Part shown: piece after piece, positions 34,801 to 48,930 of the stretch
Layout: each line of letters begins with the position of its first letter
How positions within the stretch are numbered: position 1 is the first letter of the stretch
NCBI GenBank assembly: GCA_051313645.2
Contig: JBNRSN020000133.1
Location: 558,001 to 622,000, forward strand
Direction of reading: 5' to 3'
Source of the DNA: Centroscyllium fabricii
Lineage: Eukaryota
Length of the DNA stretch: 64,000 nt
Translations under genes and position numbers: made by a program
The notes under the pieces: model-generated
Told to the model about the DNA's origin: nothing
Seen by the model: only the letters and a program-made list of their open reading frames with translations
The model's database searches: none

Positions 34801-36659
34801 TTAGATATGTACCACTCCACTAATTTTCGTGTCATCTGCGAACTTACGGATCATGCATTTTACATTCGTATCTAAATCATTAATTTTACATTCATATCCA
34901 AATCATAAATTTTTAAACATCTGTTGTGTAGGCGGAAGCCGCAACATCACAGATCGGGTGTGCCCCGTGCTACATATAGTTTGAGGTTCTCAAATAACTT
35001 TCAGGAAGTAAAATCAGGTGATGTGACAGCGAGTACAATTTTGGGACAGGTAGCATTGTCAGGTCGCATTGGGTGGGGTGATGTACAGCTGGCTGAGTGA
35101 GAGACACAGTTACCTGCACCTTGTTCAAAGTCCAGGGTCAGAGGGACATTCAGTGTGCTCCATTCCTTGGGCAGATACTTTGTAATCTTAGACAAATGAC
35201 GGTAGGAGTTCCACATTTACAGACTTGGCATTTTAAGCTGTCCCTCTTCATTGGACTGCAGTTAAACTGTACATGGCGCTGCCGATTGGAGCATTCATTT
35301 AGTGCATTTTCAATCTGACATGTTGCAAACACATTCCCATCTATTGTGCACTCTGCCCACTTTTCCTCATCACAGCACTGGCACTCTCACAGTTAGTACA
35401 AACCCCAAACACTTCACACCCCAGCACATGCGATTGTACAACTACCAACCATAACTGTGTGGGAATTCAAATGAATCTTGAACATGGAAAATACTCATCA
35501 GGTTATTTAAAATGATCTCAAAAGGAGAGGGGGAGTTGGTGTTAATTTTGTCCACAATGTGGCTCAAATTGTCAAGCTTGATTAATTCTCCTCGAAAATG
35601 TTTTGTATTGATGCTTGGGGCATCGAAAGTCGCGTAAAGTGAGGCTCTGATTAGAGGAAATAAATGTAACTTATGTGAACCATGTTGCCCTCAAAAAATG
35701 TGGACATTTTATCCTGGAGGCTACTTCAGGCGTTGCCTCCTGCCCTGACTGGTGAGGTTTTCGGATGAGGTGTCTGCTCTCTCAGGTAGATGTAACACAT
35801 CCCATGGAACTATTTGGAGAGGAGAATTCCATTGCCCACTATTTATCATTCAATCAACATTTATGTCCAGATTATCTGGTGATTTTCACATTGATGTATT
35901 GGGAGCTTGCTTTACTAAATTCTCCGCCCGTTTCTAACATTACAACAGAGACTACATTTCCAAAGTACTTCATTTCTGTAAAGCGCTTTGGGACGTCCTG
36001 ATGCTATGAAAGATGTTGCAGAAATTCAAGCGTTTCTTTTTTTCCTTTTCTAAACTCAGCGCAGACTTCAGCAATGGTCATTCCCCTTTCTCCTGAAGCC
36101 TGTGTTCTTGACACTATCCTCTGCAGCATCAGGCCTGGGCTATCTTACGACCTTTGAAGGTCGATGACGCAAAAGTACATACAATTTCCAAGATGGCTCA
36201 CTTGCTCTTTTTTACTCTGAATATTTTCTTATTTGCTTCACTGAGATCATTGTTGCAAATAATCAATCACGTTTCACTTCGAATACATTGTAGGATACAA
36301 ACCGTACACACATACCTAGTGAAGTGGCAATCCCTTTTCCAACTCCAGTCCTGACCTTGTCCAGCCATTTCACAAAGAGTAATATTATATGGACATATAT
36401 TTTTTGAAGCTTACTTTGCCGATTCTCCCTACTGCACCTATACTTACATCAAGTGTCTGTACAACTGAGGCAGAACGTTTTCTCGTTTACATTCCAGCCC
36501 CAGTGAGAAATGGCCGGAGCTCCGTAAATACTTTTAGTTGCTCCATGTGCCTGTCAGCCACCTTTAAATTCATTGTGTATTTGACTGCAAAAACTGCTTT
36601 CTCATCTATAGATCCTAGTTTGACATGATTTAAAATATTCTCCAGCAGTATACCATCGG

Positions 36660-39210
36660 CCAGCAAATGGTGGGAATTAAATAGAGGAGCAAATTTGCTG
36701 GCAACTTACAGACATATGCAACAACTACAGAGTAGTGATGATGGGGGACTTCAATGAACCAGAATATAGACTGGTATAGTAACAGTGTAATTGGCAGAGC
36801 AGAAGGGATTACTGAAATGAGTAGAAGAGCCTTTCTTGATCAGTGTGTTTCCAGCTTAACGAGGCAGGAAGCGGTGCTAGATATAGCTCTGGGAAACGAC
36901 GGGAGGCAAGTGGAGCATGCTTCAGTTGGAGAGCATTTGGGGAATAGTGATCATAATATCATCAGGTTTAGAATAGCTATGGGAAAGGACAAGGTACAAA
37001 TCAAGCGCACAAATCCTTAACTGGACGAGGGCTGACTTCAGTGAGCTGAAAAGGGATCTGCTCCAGGTGGATTGTAATCAAAAATTCGAAGGCAAAATAG
37101 TAATTCAACAATGGGCGGCCTTCAAGTGTTAATGATTGGTGTAGAGAGTAGACACATTCACAAGAGGGGAAAAGGAAACGCATCCAAAGCTAGAGCTCTT
37201 TGGTTACTGAAGATACTGGTCCGAAATTTGTGGTCACAGTCGTACCTAGAGAGTACGGCTCTGATGCGTTAAAGAAATCACCATTTACCTTCAGCTTCCC
37301 AGCTTTCAGAGTCTTCGGGTTGTGGGCGTACATTGCTTTGCCTGCGTGAAAGCCCACGGAACCCAAGGATGCAGGGATTTTCAATATCTCTGTGATCACG
37401 TCGGCCCAGTCTTCTGATCAAAAACGAGGGTTACTAAGGGGTTTAGGGGGATTGCATTTATGGACGGAATGACTATAAGCAATTGAGGAATCGCTAATAA
37501 TTAAATAATCTATAGGACTTGAATAAATATAAATGTTCCCATGTCCAAATGTTATTAATAATCCCCGCTGAAAGCATATGCAGTAAAAATGAGTTCAAGA
37601 TAACCTATTGATCAGTGTGGTTCATTTTAATTCGGGCCATATTTACATAATTTACGAATTTTAAATGTTTGTGCATGATTTTTTATTTTCATATTTTTAA
37701 TTTAATATTCTTATTCACCATTACGCTGGCGAAGGCAGGCACGCAAGCAGGCAAAAAAACAAACTCTGTGCCAGCGACAGTGATTTTTTGGGTCGTGAGT
37801 GTAGATCTGTCAGGTCAAATCTTGGGATAACACATGGTCCGTGTTTTGCGCTTTTGCAGCGTAAGCAGAAACCCGGAACTTGTGGAGCCTTCTGGATGCT
37901 TCCAATGGTTTACGCTGTGTGCAGCACTGATACAGAATCGGAACATAAATCAGAGTGCAGTGGCGAAAGCTTGTTTTTAGACTGGAGGGAGGAGTACTTA
38001 TTGAGGGTCAAATAAAGGACCAAAGCACGGAAATTATGCTGTATCTTTATAAAACATTGGTTTGGTCTCAGCTGGAGTGTGGCTTCATTTCTGGGCACCA
38101 CACTTTAAGACAGATGCCAGAACCTTGGAACGGTGCAGTACAGATGTACTGGAATGGCACTAGGGATGATAGACTTCAGTTATTCAGGAAATTGGAGAAG
38201 CTGGGGTTGTTCTCCTTAGAGCAGAGAAGGTGAGAAGAGATCAGATAGAGGTGTTCACAATCAGGAAAGCTTTTGATAGAATAAATCAAGATGAACTATT
38301 TCCAGTGGCAGACGTGTGGGTAACAATACAAAGAAATTGGCAAAACAATCAGAGGCGACATGAGGAAATCTTATTTTGCAGAACGAATTGTAGTGATCTG
38401 GGATGCACGGCCTAAAAAGGTGATAGAAGCAGATTCAATAGTAACATTCAAAAGAGAATAGGATAATTAATTAAAGGGGAATCATTATAGGGCTATAGTG
38501 AAAGAGCAGGGCATTGGGCCTACTTTGTTATTTCTATAAAGAGCCGAAAAGGTAAAACATAATCAAAAAGGCTATTGGAATGCAGGCCTTTATATCTAGA
38601 GGATATGAAAAACATGGGGTTAGAGGTCATGCTATAGGTACACTAAGCCTTGGTTAGACCATATATGGAGCAGGCTGAGCACTTCTGTGCACCACACCTT
38701 GGGAAAGGGTATATTGGTCTTAAATGTAAGCGTAAAGGGTGGCGTAAATGTAACAGAATTATAACCGGACTTCAAATGGTTAAATTACGAGAGGGTATTG
38801 TACAAACTCAGGTCGTATTCCTTGGAATTTAGAAGGCTGAGGAGTAATTTGAGCGAAGTTTTGAAGATATTAGTGGGAACCGATAGGGTAGATAGAGAGA
38901 AACCGTTTCTGCTAGTTAGGGAGTCCAGGACCAGGGGTTGCAGCCTAAAGGTTAGAGCCAGACCCTTCAGGAGCAGAGTTCGGAATTCTTCTACACACAA
39001 AGGCTGGTAGAGGTTTGGAAATCACTTCTATAAATGACTGTGGTTGGTTGCTCGATCAATTGTTAATTTTAAATCTGATATTGAGAGATTTGTGTTAAAC
39101 AAAGATGTTCGGGGATGTGAGCCAAAGGGCTGTGTGAGGTCACAGAGCAGCCATGATCTCATTGAATGGCGGAAGAGGTGCGAGGAGCTAAATGCTTTAG
39201 TGCTGTTCCT
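36660..39210 (+). mobile_element. Several degenerate CR1 fragments
   Basis: Endonuclease motifs MGDFN and GNSDHNII (36740-36965), RT C-terminal relics at 37990-39200. Confidence 0.7.
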
Positions 39211-39468
39211 ATATTCATGTCACCAAATCTAGTCTGGCATGTTCCATTGTCTTCAATGTTTCATGAATATTTTTAAATTCCTTATTCGTTTTTGGGATGT
39301 GAGCGTCGCTGGCAAGACCAGGATTTAATGTCCATCCATAAATGCTCTTGAGAAGTTGGTGGCGAGCTCCCTCCTTGAACCGCTGCATTCCGTGTGGTGA
39401 AGGTACTCCCACAGTGCTGTTAGGTTGGAAGTTCCAGGATTTTGACCCAGCGACAATTAAGTATCGGT

Positions 39469-42400
39469 TGTGGTGACACGCCCACCAAAGGCATCGAATC
39501 CGCCTCGGGAGTACCGCGGGGCATTGCCCCGCCCATCGATTGACGTGGTGACGTCACCGCGACTTCCGGCGTGATGACATCACCAACCACGGGCGCATTA
39601 AATAAGCCTGCTCCAGGTGGTTCACTCTCTTTCCTACCTGGCCATGCAATGTAATAAACAAGTGTTTTCTGTCCTACTGGCTCCCGCGTGGTTCTTCAGG
39701 CCTGCATGCACTACAGTGGTGACCCCGAACTTGGAACGTCTTCCAAGAGAACAGAAATGAAGCAGTTGCTGCAGGACTGACGGCCAAGCTGCCTAAGAGC
39801 ACTTCCAACCAACATGCCTTCAGGAAGCCAAGCTGCACGACCTCAAAGACTGGGCCAGAACTCCGGCCACAGATTAACTCTACCGGAGTTCTGGGAGCTA
39901 CGCCCAGCGGCCTGGTTCCTGTGTCTCGAAACCAGCTGCCGCATCCATGGCGTCCTGGTGGATGATCGCTATGACCTGCTCTTCTCGGCCCTATCGCAGA
40001 CCACGGTCGATCGGATGTGGCCGACGTTACAGCGTGCACCAGCAGCAGGCAGGTACGAATTCCTTAAGGCCACGCCGCTTAAAAAATTCACACCCTCCCA
40101 ATTTGAGCGCGACTGCCAGCTCATCAACCTCCCCGAACTCGGGGACGCAGACCCATCGGACCTTTGGGCACAAATGGAAGCGCTTTACTCAGACCCAGCC
40201 TCCATCAAGCGCACCTTGTTCCTCCTCAAACTGCCCCCTTCCGTCAGACCGGCTCTGACGGCCCTCTGCCACTGCAGCGGAGAACAGCTGGCTGAGGAGG
40301 CCGATAAGCTCATGACGGCCGAGCGCTCCAGCTCTGCCACGTGCGAGCCCACTGCTACGGCAGCCGAGCCCCGCTACGCGCACACCAGGTCCGACCCCAG
40401 GCCTGAACCCAGGCCAACCCGACCCCGCAAAAGGCCGCGCACATCGGGCACCGGCTGGAGCTACTACCACACCCGGTTTGAATCCAAAGAGCAACGCTGC
40501 GTCCAGCACTGCACTTTCAAACCCCAGCCCGGCTCAAGCCCCACCTTGTCTGTAGGCCACTCTGGTGCACTGTTCTACGTCACAGACAGCTGCACAGGCG
40601 TCCGGTACCTCTGCGACACAGGCGCGCAGCACAGCATTGTGCCAGCCTCCACTGCAGAAGCCAAACAAGGCACACGGGGCCCGCCACTCGAAGCCGCAAA
40701 CGGCTCCGAAATAAAGACATACGTCACCCGCAAGCTCACCATCAAGATAGCAGGCCACACGTAACACTGGTAATTCATCACTGCCCAGGTTAAAATACCA
40801 CTCCTCGGGGCTGATTTCCTCTGCGCCCACGGCCTCTTGGTCGACATGACCCAGCGCCGACTGGTCGACACACACAACATGTCGACCATCCCATGCTCCA
40901 CAGGGCCGGCAGGCCAGGCCCACGCAGTGGCACACTGCCGAGCCCGGAACTCCGACACGTACGGCACGCTCCTCGCTGAGTTCCCAGCCCTCACCAACCC
41001 CACCTTCACAGCCCGCACGGCTAAACACGGGGTGGAGCATTTCATCACCACCACCGTCCCTCCCGTCCATGCCCACGCCCGCAGGCTGGACCCAGCCAAA
41101 CTGGAGATTGCGCGTACCGAGTTCCGCAATATGGAACAACTTGGCATAATCTGCCGCTCCAACAGCCCCTGGGCCTACCCCCTCCACATCCCCCCCAAAC
41201 CGGGCGGTGGTTGGCGCCCCTGCGGAGACTAGCGCCGCCTCAACAACGCCACCACCCCAGACAAGTACCCCGTACCCCACATCCAAGATTTCTCCGCCAG
41301 GCTAGCGGGCTGCACAATCTTCTCTAAGATCGACCTGGTACGGGGCTACCACCAGGTACCAGTGCACACGGCGGATGTCCCTAAGACAGCTGTCATCACC
41401 ATTTTCGGGCTGTTCGAATTGCTCCGAATGCCCATCGGACTGAAAAACGCGGCCCAGGCCTTCCAACGCCTCATGGACTCAGTACTGCGGGACTTGCAGT
41501 TCATGTTCGTCTACCTAGACGACATTCTCGTGGCCAGCACCTCCCCCCAGGAACACCTCCTCCATCTCAGGACAATATTCCAACGCCTGACCGAGCACGG
41601 TCTCATATTAACCCCCCCTAAATGCCAATTTGGCCTCGAGACGATCGACTTCCTCGGCAGCGCATTTCCCAAACCGGGGCTATATTCCTGCCCTCCAAGG
41701 TGCAGGCGGTCCAGGAATTCCCCCGCCCGCACTGCATCAAGGGGCTGCAGGAATTCCTATAGATGGTTAATTTTTATAACCGCTTCATCCCAGGAGCAGC
41801 CGCTCTCATGGCTCCCCTTTACCAGGCCACATGCAGGCAGTCCAACAAAACTGTGGTCCAGTGGACGGCCGAAGCCACCACCGCCTTCACCGCAACGAAA
41901 ACCGCCCTGGCCAACGCCACGCTCCTAGCCCACCCTAGGCCCAACGCCAGAGTGGCCCTCACCACCAACGCCTCCGATCACGCTGTTGGAGCGGTCTTTG
42001 AGCAGTGGAACGGCAACTCCTGGCAACCCCTGGCATTTTTCAGCCAGCAACTTCGGCCCCCAGAGGTCAAGTACAGCACCTTCGATAGGGAGCTACTCGC
42101 TCTCTACCTCGCAGTGCGCCACTTCCGCTTCCTCTTAGAGGGCCGCCATTTTACAGCCTTCGTTGATCACAAGCCACTCGTGTCAGCAATGGCTAAGATC
42201 GCAGAAACCTTTTCGGCCAGGCAGCATTGCCAGCTCGCGGCCATGTCGGAATTTACCACCGACATACAGCACATCGCCGGCCGCGACAACGTGGTCGCTG
42301 ACTGCCTGTCACGTCCCACCATCAATGCCGTACAAACGGCGGTCGACTATGCTAAACTGGCAACCGACCAACTAACAGACCCAGACTTGCTTGACCCAGC

Positions 42401-43938
42401 TACCAACCTCCCCGGCCTGCACTTGACCAGCGTAGCACACGGGGCCACAGCCACTGCGGTCTGCTGCGACGTCTCCCTCCCGCAGCCCAGACCCATCGTC
42501 CCCCACGCAGGGAAGCGACACATTTTCCAGACCCTCCATGGCCTGTCCCACCCTGGCACCCGCGCGTCCACCAAGCTGTTTTCGGCACGTTTTGTCTGGC
42601 GCGGCCTGCGCAAGGATGTCCGCGCCTGGACCAACGCCTGCACTGCCTGCCAGCGCGCCAAGGTGCACAAGAACATCAAGGCACCACTGGAAACATTCAC
42701 CATACCAGTTAGATGCTTCGACCACGTCCACATCGACCTGGTCGGACCACTGCCGCCATCACGGGGACACAGACACGTCATGACCATGGTCGACCGCAGC
42801 ACTCACTGGCCAGAAGCGGTCCCACTCGTTGCTACCAGCACCACGGACCTGGCCAGGGCTTTCATTGCCACCTGGGTCGCGCGTTTCGGCGTACCCACCG
42901 ACATTACGTCGGACAGAGGTCCCCAATTCACGTCGACACTATGGGCGACCATCGCCCGCGACCTTGCTCTAACCCTACACCGAACCACCAATAACCACAC
43001 ACAGTCCAACGGACTCTGCAAACGTTTCCACCGCTCCATCAAAGCATCCCTGCGGGCCAGTCGTAAGGACTCACCTTGGACAGACCGCCTGCCCTGGGTA
43101 ATGCTCGGCCGACGCTCAGCGGCCAAAGAAGACCTGCACGCCTCAGCAGCAGAACTCGTCTACGGCCAAACTCTAACCGTGCCAGGCGAGTTCCTCGCAG
43201 AGTCAAACGCTCCCTGGTCAGCAGACCAATACCTGAAGGACTTTAACAACCAGGCACGAGCGTTCAAACTGCTACCGGTGGCCCGGCATGGAGATGCGGC
43301 AGCACGTGTACCGGAAGGCATTAAAAACGCCAAATATGTGTTTGTCTTCCACGACGCACATCGATCGCCACTACAGCCACCGTATGATGGACCGTACAGA
43401 GTGCTTCCGGCGGGAGCTAAAGCTTTCGAACTGAAAATGGGCAACAGGACTGAAACCGTCTCAATAGGCCGGCTGAAGCTGGCACACGCAATAGCGGGTG
43501 ATACAGCAGTCTCCGTGCAGTCACCAAAACGCGGACGCCCTCCCGCAGCATAAAACGCCCACACTCCACCACAGAACAAGGAGCAGCGCCCGACACGTGC
43601 CGGCCGCATCATCCGGCCACCTCAACGCCTCTCATGAGACTCATTTTTTATTTTTACATTAATCTCCCTTACAGATTCTGGGGGGGAGCTGTGTGGCGAT
43701 ACGCTGACCAAAGGCATCGAATCCGCTTCGGGAGTACCGCGGGTCACGGCCCCGCCCATCGGGTGACGTGGTGACGTCACCGCGAATTCCGGCGTGATGA
43801 GATCACCAACTGCGTGCGTGTTAAATAAGCCTGCTCCAGGTGGTTCACTCTCTTTCCTACCTGGCCATGCAATGTAATAAACAAGTGTTTTCTGTCCTAC
43901 TGGCTCCCGCGTGGTTCTTCAGGCCAGCATGCACAACG
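39469..43938 (+). mobile_element. Full-length Ty3/Gypsy LTR retrotransposon (CsRn1-like), decayed
   Basis: 247-bp LTRs at 39469-39715 and 43692-43938, 4-bp TSD CGGT, PBS TGGTGACCCCG (tRNA-Trp) at 39717, polypurine tract before the 3' LTR. Confidence 0.95.
39814..43553 (+). pseudogene. Gypsy gag-pol (gag, protease, RT, RNase H, integrase), disrupted
   Basis: LPEFW gag, CDTGA protease, YLDD RT, RNase H FDRELLA, integrase H..SHPG..C..C, HIDLVGP, SDRGPQF and GPY. In-frame stops at 40762 and 41230 and a frameshift near 41660-41760. Confidence 0.92.
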
Positions 43939-46469
43939 CGGTGATATATTGCCAAGTCAAGATGGTGCGTGATGTGGAGGGGAACTTGGAGGTGGTGGTG
44001 TTCCCATGTGCCTGCTGCCCTTGTTCTTCTAGGTTGAAAGGTTTGCTTGTTTGGGAGGTGCCCTTGAAGAAACCTTACCGATTTTGTGCAGTGCATCTTG
44101 TAGATGGTACACACTGCAGCCACGGTGTTCCAGTGTGGAGGGAGTGAATGTTTAGGTGGGTGGATGGGGAGCCAATCAAGCGAGTTACTTTGTCCTGGAT
44201 GGTGTCGAGCTTCTTGAGTGCTGTTGGAGCTGCACTCATCCAAGCAAGTGGAGAGTATTCCATCACAATCTTAACTTGTGCCTTGTAGATGATGGGGAGT
44301 CTTTGGTGAGTCGGGAGGTGAGACAGTCGCCGCAGAATACCCAGCTCTTGTTGTCATTGTATTTAGCTGGCTGGTTCAGTTCAGTTCTGGTCAATTGTGA
44401 CCCCCACGATGTTGACTGTGGATGATTCAGCGACCGTAATGCCATTGAATGTCAAGGGGAGGTGGTTAGACGCTCGCTTGTTGGAGGTAGTCATTGCCTG
44501 GCACTTCTGTGGCATTCTTGTTACCTGCCACTTATCAGCCCAAGCCTGAACGTCGTCCAGTTCTTGTTGCATGCTGGTATGGACTGCTTGCATTATTTGA
44601 GAAGATGTGAATGGCGCTGAACACTATGCGGTCATCAACAAACATCCCCATTTCTGACCCTGCATTGGAGGGAATGTCATTGATGAAGCAGCTGAAGATG
44701 ATTGTGCCAAGGACATTGTCCTGTGGAAATCCTGCAGCGACATCCTGGGGCTGTGCTGGTTGACAATTAACCACCACAACCATCTTCCTTTGTGCTAGGG
44801 ATGACTCCATCAGTGGAGCCACTCCCGGATTCCCATTGACTTCAGTTTTACTCGGGCTCCTTTATGCCACAATTGGACTAATGCTACATTGATTTCAAGG
44901 GCAGTAACGCTCAGCTCTGGAATCTAGCTCCGCTGTCCATGTTCAGACCAAGGCTGTACTGAGGTTGGGAGCCGAGTGGTCTTTGACGGATTTCAAACTT
45001 GGCATCGGCGAGCAGGTGCCGCTTGATAGCACTGTCGATTACAAATTCCACAACTTTACTGATGATTGAGAATAGAATGATGGGGCAGTAACTGGGCGGG
45101 TTGGACTGGTCCAGCTTTTTGTAGACAGGACATACATGGGCAGTTTTACACATTGTCAAAGAGATGCCAGTGTTGTTGCTGTACTGGAACAACTTGGCTA
45201 GATGCAGGGCTAGTTCTGGAGCACTATAGCTGAGATGCTGTCGGGTCCCATAGCCTTTGTTGTATTCAGTGCGCTCTGCCGTTTCTTGATATCTGAGACA
45301 TGTAGATCAGTGAGGACGAGGTCAAGTAAGTTTTTCTCTCACCACCTGTCGCAGGCCCAGACTGGCAGCTATGTCCTTCAGGACTCGGCCAGTATTGGTG
45401 CTACCGAGCCACTCTTAGTGATGGACAATGAAGTCACCAACCCAGAGTTCATTGTGGGACCTTGCTACTCTCAGTGCTTCTACCAAGTGTTGTTCAACAT
45501 GGAGGACTACTAATTCATCAGCTCAGTGAGGGCGGTAGGTGGTAATCAGCAGGAGTTTTCATTTTCCATGCTTGACCTGAAGTCATGAGACTTCATGGTG
45601 TCCAGAGTCAATGTTGAGTATTCCCGGGGCCACTACTTCCGGACTGTATATCACTGTTCCACCACGCCTGGTGGGTCTATCCTGCCGGCAAGTCACGACA
45701 GGACAAACCCAGGGATGGTGCTGGAGGTATTTGGGACATTGGCTGAAAGGTATGTTTCTGTGAGTATGTTGCTTGACTATTCTGTGGGATAGTTCTCCCA
45801 ATTTTGGCACACGTGCCCAGATGTTGGTGGAGAGAATGTTGCAGGGTCGACAGGGCAGGTTGCAGCAAGTGCTGAGGTTGAGAACGGGTGGACTGTCCGG
45901 TTTTTTGCTTATTATTTTGTTCCGTAGCGGTTTATTACAACTGAGTGTACTGCTCCACCATTTCAGAGGCCAGAGGCCAGTTGAGATTCAACCACATTGC
46001 TGTGGCGCTTGAGTCACATCTCGACAGTTTGCCTTCCCTAAAGGACATTAGTGAACCAGATGTGTCTTTACCACAATCTGATAGTTCCATGATTACGACT
46101 TTTGATACTAGTAATCTTTCCAGATTTATTACTTTACTGAATTTAAATACCCAGCTGCCATGATGAGATTTGAACTCTTAGCTTCCACAATCATTGTACA
46201 GTTCTCAGAATTATTAGCTCAGTGACATTAGCACTATGCTAACGTTCTCCCGTATTGAGTGGGTGAAACAAATGCGCCCGAATTTATTCATATTTGTTTC
46301 TTGGGTTTTTGCTTCAGAACCAATTAAAGGAAGACCTGCGTGCAAATATATTGAAAATGTTAAAGAATCTCCCGGATTCGTTGCCAATTCATTGTCCTTC
46401 CAATAAATATGGTGTTTAAGCAACAGCGACAGAGTGACTTCACAAATGTGATTGAACCTCCTCGAATGT

Positions 46470-46925
46470 AAGAATTCACACAACACCAGGTTATAGTCCA
46501 ACAGTTTTATTTGAAAACACAAGCTTTTGGAGTGCTGCTTCTTCGTCAGGTGAAGTGAAGAGATGCACATAAGCACAGCATATATAGTCAGAGAGCAATG
46601 CTAGATGATTACAGGTAAGTTTTCTAACTGCCCTTTAGGACACCCCCGCAGAGAGGTAATCACCGCAATCATAGGTGTAAATGGTGTCCAAACAGGTCAG
46701 TCAGCAAAACATTCCATCAAAGAACAATGAGGTGGGGTCACAAGAGGTCAAATGTTGCACATGCTGTATGAAAAACAAAAAAAACAAAAAAGCAATAAAC
46801 AATAAAATGAAATTTAAAAAAAACATGATTTACTGGAAATCACAGCAGGTCCAGCCGCATCTGTGTAGAGAGAACAAGCCAACGACGACGCGAGTCTGGT
46901 TGATGTTCTCCTTGAGACAGTAATT
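46470..46925 (-). mobile_element. Penelope-like remnant(s)
   Basis: Same pLTR unit as 3859/8470/9711 at 46470-46555, followed by adjacent body sequence. Confidence 0.55.
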
Positions 46926-47518
46926 GCTGAACACGGGTGTACGGATTCTGAAGATGAATCTTTGTTTGACTTTCATTCCTGTTTCACATATACATCCTTA
47001 GCAGCGACCCAGTGATTGATCGTCACCAACCGCCACGACAACAGGTCTTGCTGGAGGTGCAGGCCTTGTTTTTGACGCACCTTATAGAGTCACCGTGTCC
47101 TGAACCCGAGAAAATGGGAGGTAGGGTTGTGTATTCAGTGTTAGGGCTTAAAGAATCGCCAGTGGAGAGACGAAATTCAGGAGGAATGAATCGCACATTA
47201 GTAGAGCAGCCGGTCCCATTTCCTTCCTACTTAGAATAGCAGCATGTGACTATCCCTCCCAATTTTCCTCCCAATTACCTAACAGCTATTTCCAGACAGG
47301 TTCTAAGGTGTGCAATGCCCCTTAGAAACATGGTAGTTAACTGAGCCATATTTAAGAAGAAAACTTAATACTGAGCAAGATTTCCATCTCAATAAGGCTC
47401 GGTTCAACGACGGTCATGTTGAGGAAGCACAGTGAGCCGCTCAGGCCACGGCTTGGACACAGATTTTAGATCAGTCATTTTGGCGCTGAAAAAAGCTCCA
47501 GCCACAGGAGGCTGTGCA

Positions 47519-48375
47519 ATGTAGGGTCACCGATATTATCCCCACTGTCACAGGGCCGAGTTATGAGCAAATTAGGGTCACCGATGTTATCTCCACTGTC
47601 ACAGGGCCGGGTTATGAGACAAGTAGGGTCACCGAGATTATCTCCACTGTCAGAGGGCCGGGTTCTGAGTAAGGTAGGGTCACCGCGATTATCCCCACAC
47701 TCACAGGGCCGAGCTATGTGCAAACTGGGGTCACCGAGGTTATCTCCACTGCCACAGGGCCGGCTTTTGAACAAAGTAGGGTCACCGAGATTAACTCTAC
47801 TGTAACAGGGTCGTTTTATGAGCAAAGTAAGGTCACCGAGGTAATCTCCACTGTCACAGGGTCGGGTTATGAGCAAAGTAGGGTCACCGAGATTATCTCC
47901 ACTGTCAGAGGGCCGGGTTCTGAGTAAGGTAGGGTCACCGAGGTTATCTCCACGGTCAGAGGGTCGGGTTATGTGCAAAGCTGGTTCACCGAATTTATCC
48001 CCACTTTCAAAGGTCGGGTTATGTGCAACGTAGGGTCACCGAAGTTATGTCCACTGTCAGACGGTCGGGATATGAACAAATTTGGGTAACCGAGGTTATA
48101 TCCACTGCCCGAGGGTCGGGTTATGAGCAAAGTAGTGTCACCGAGGTTATCCCCACTGTCAGAGGGCATAGAAACATACAAGATAGGAGCAGGAGTAGGC
48201 CATTCGGCCCCTCGAGCCTGCTCCGCCATTACCGATGTTATCACCACTGTCACAGTGCCGAGTGATGTGCAAAGTAGGGTCACCGAGTTTATCTCAAATG
48301 TCAAAGGTTCGGCTTATGTGCAAACTAGTGTCACCGAGTTAATCCCCACTGTCAGAGGGCCGGGTTATGAGCAAA
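47519..48375. repeat. 60-bp minisatellite (~13 copies) with a CR1/SINE-tail insertion at ~48166-48230
   Basis: Unit gtagggtcaccgagattatctccactgtcagagggccgggttatgagcaaa...; 20-aa periodic ORFs. Confidence 0.92.
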
Positions 48376-48930
48376 GATCAGGATATGCTGGATTATTTGT
48401 CTTTAAAGAGGCGAATGTATAAGTTTGGTTCACCATTCGCTTTTGTGCTAATATAGAGCACATTTTTATAATTTAACAAAATAAAACAAATTCATCCATG
48501 AATTGATGTAATTTTAATCCTGATGGTGATTAACAAGTAAATACTGATTTGAGTTAAGCCTATCAATGTTGACAGCTTTGACCGCAACTCACAGGCAGGG
48601 TTCGCCCCGATGTCACTTATAGCCTGAAGTTTCAGACGGGAAATAAAACAAGGAACTGACTCATTTGTTGTATGTGATCGCCATGACCTCACGATTCCAT
48701 ATCATCAACTAATAAAGATAATCCCCTTATCTCATCAGTCACCATCCCGAAAAATATTCTCAATTTATTAAAATACAATCGGTCTGCGACAGACATGGAA
48801 TAAGATGATGTCATATATATTAAGCTTTTCTACTTTCTGTTCCTATCATCAGGTTTACAGTTTTAGGTTGTTTTGGAAATACACATTCCAAGTTAATGCT
48901 GAGACGTCGATGTCCGAGCCCAGATCCTGA

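Larger units (their letters stand above)
39280..45860 (-). mobile_element. CR1/L2-clade LINE split by the Gypsy insertion
   Basis: Sequence either side of the Gypsy TSD rejoins (compare 53980-54030). MQQELDDVQAWADKWQV and VCPVYKKLDQSNPPSYCPI motifs. Confidence 0.8.

Noticed and set aside
41763-43553. 596-aa ORF as a domesticated gene
   Set aside because: It is the RNase H-integrase part of the decayed Gypsy pol, with upstream stops and a frameshift.
46925-47506. Possible solo LTR adjacent to the 60-bp array
   Set aside because: Only a TG start on the minus strand; no TSD or second copy to confirm.
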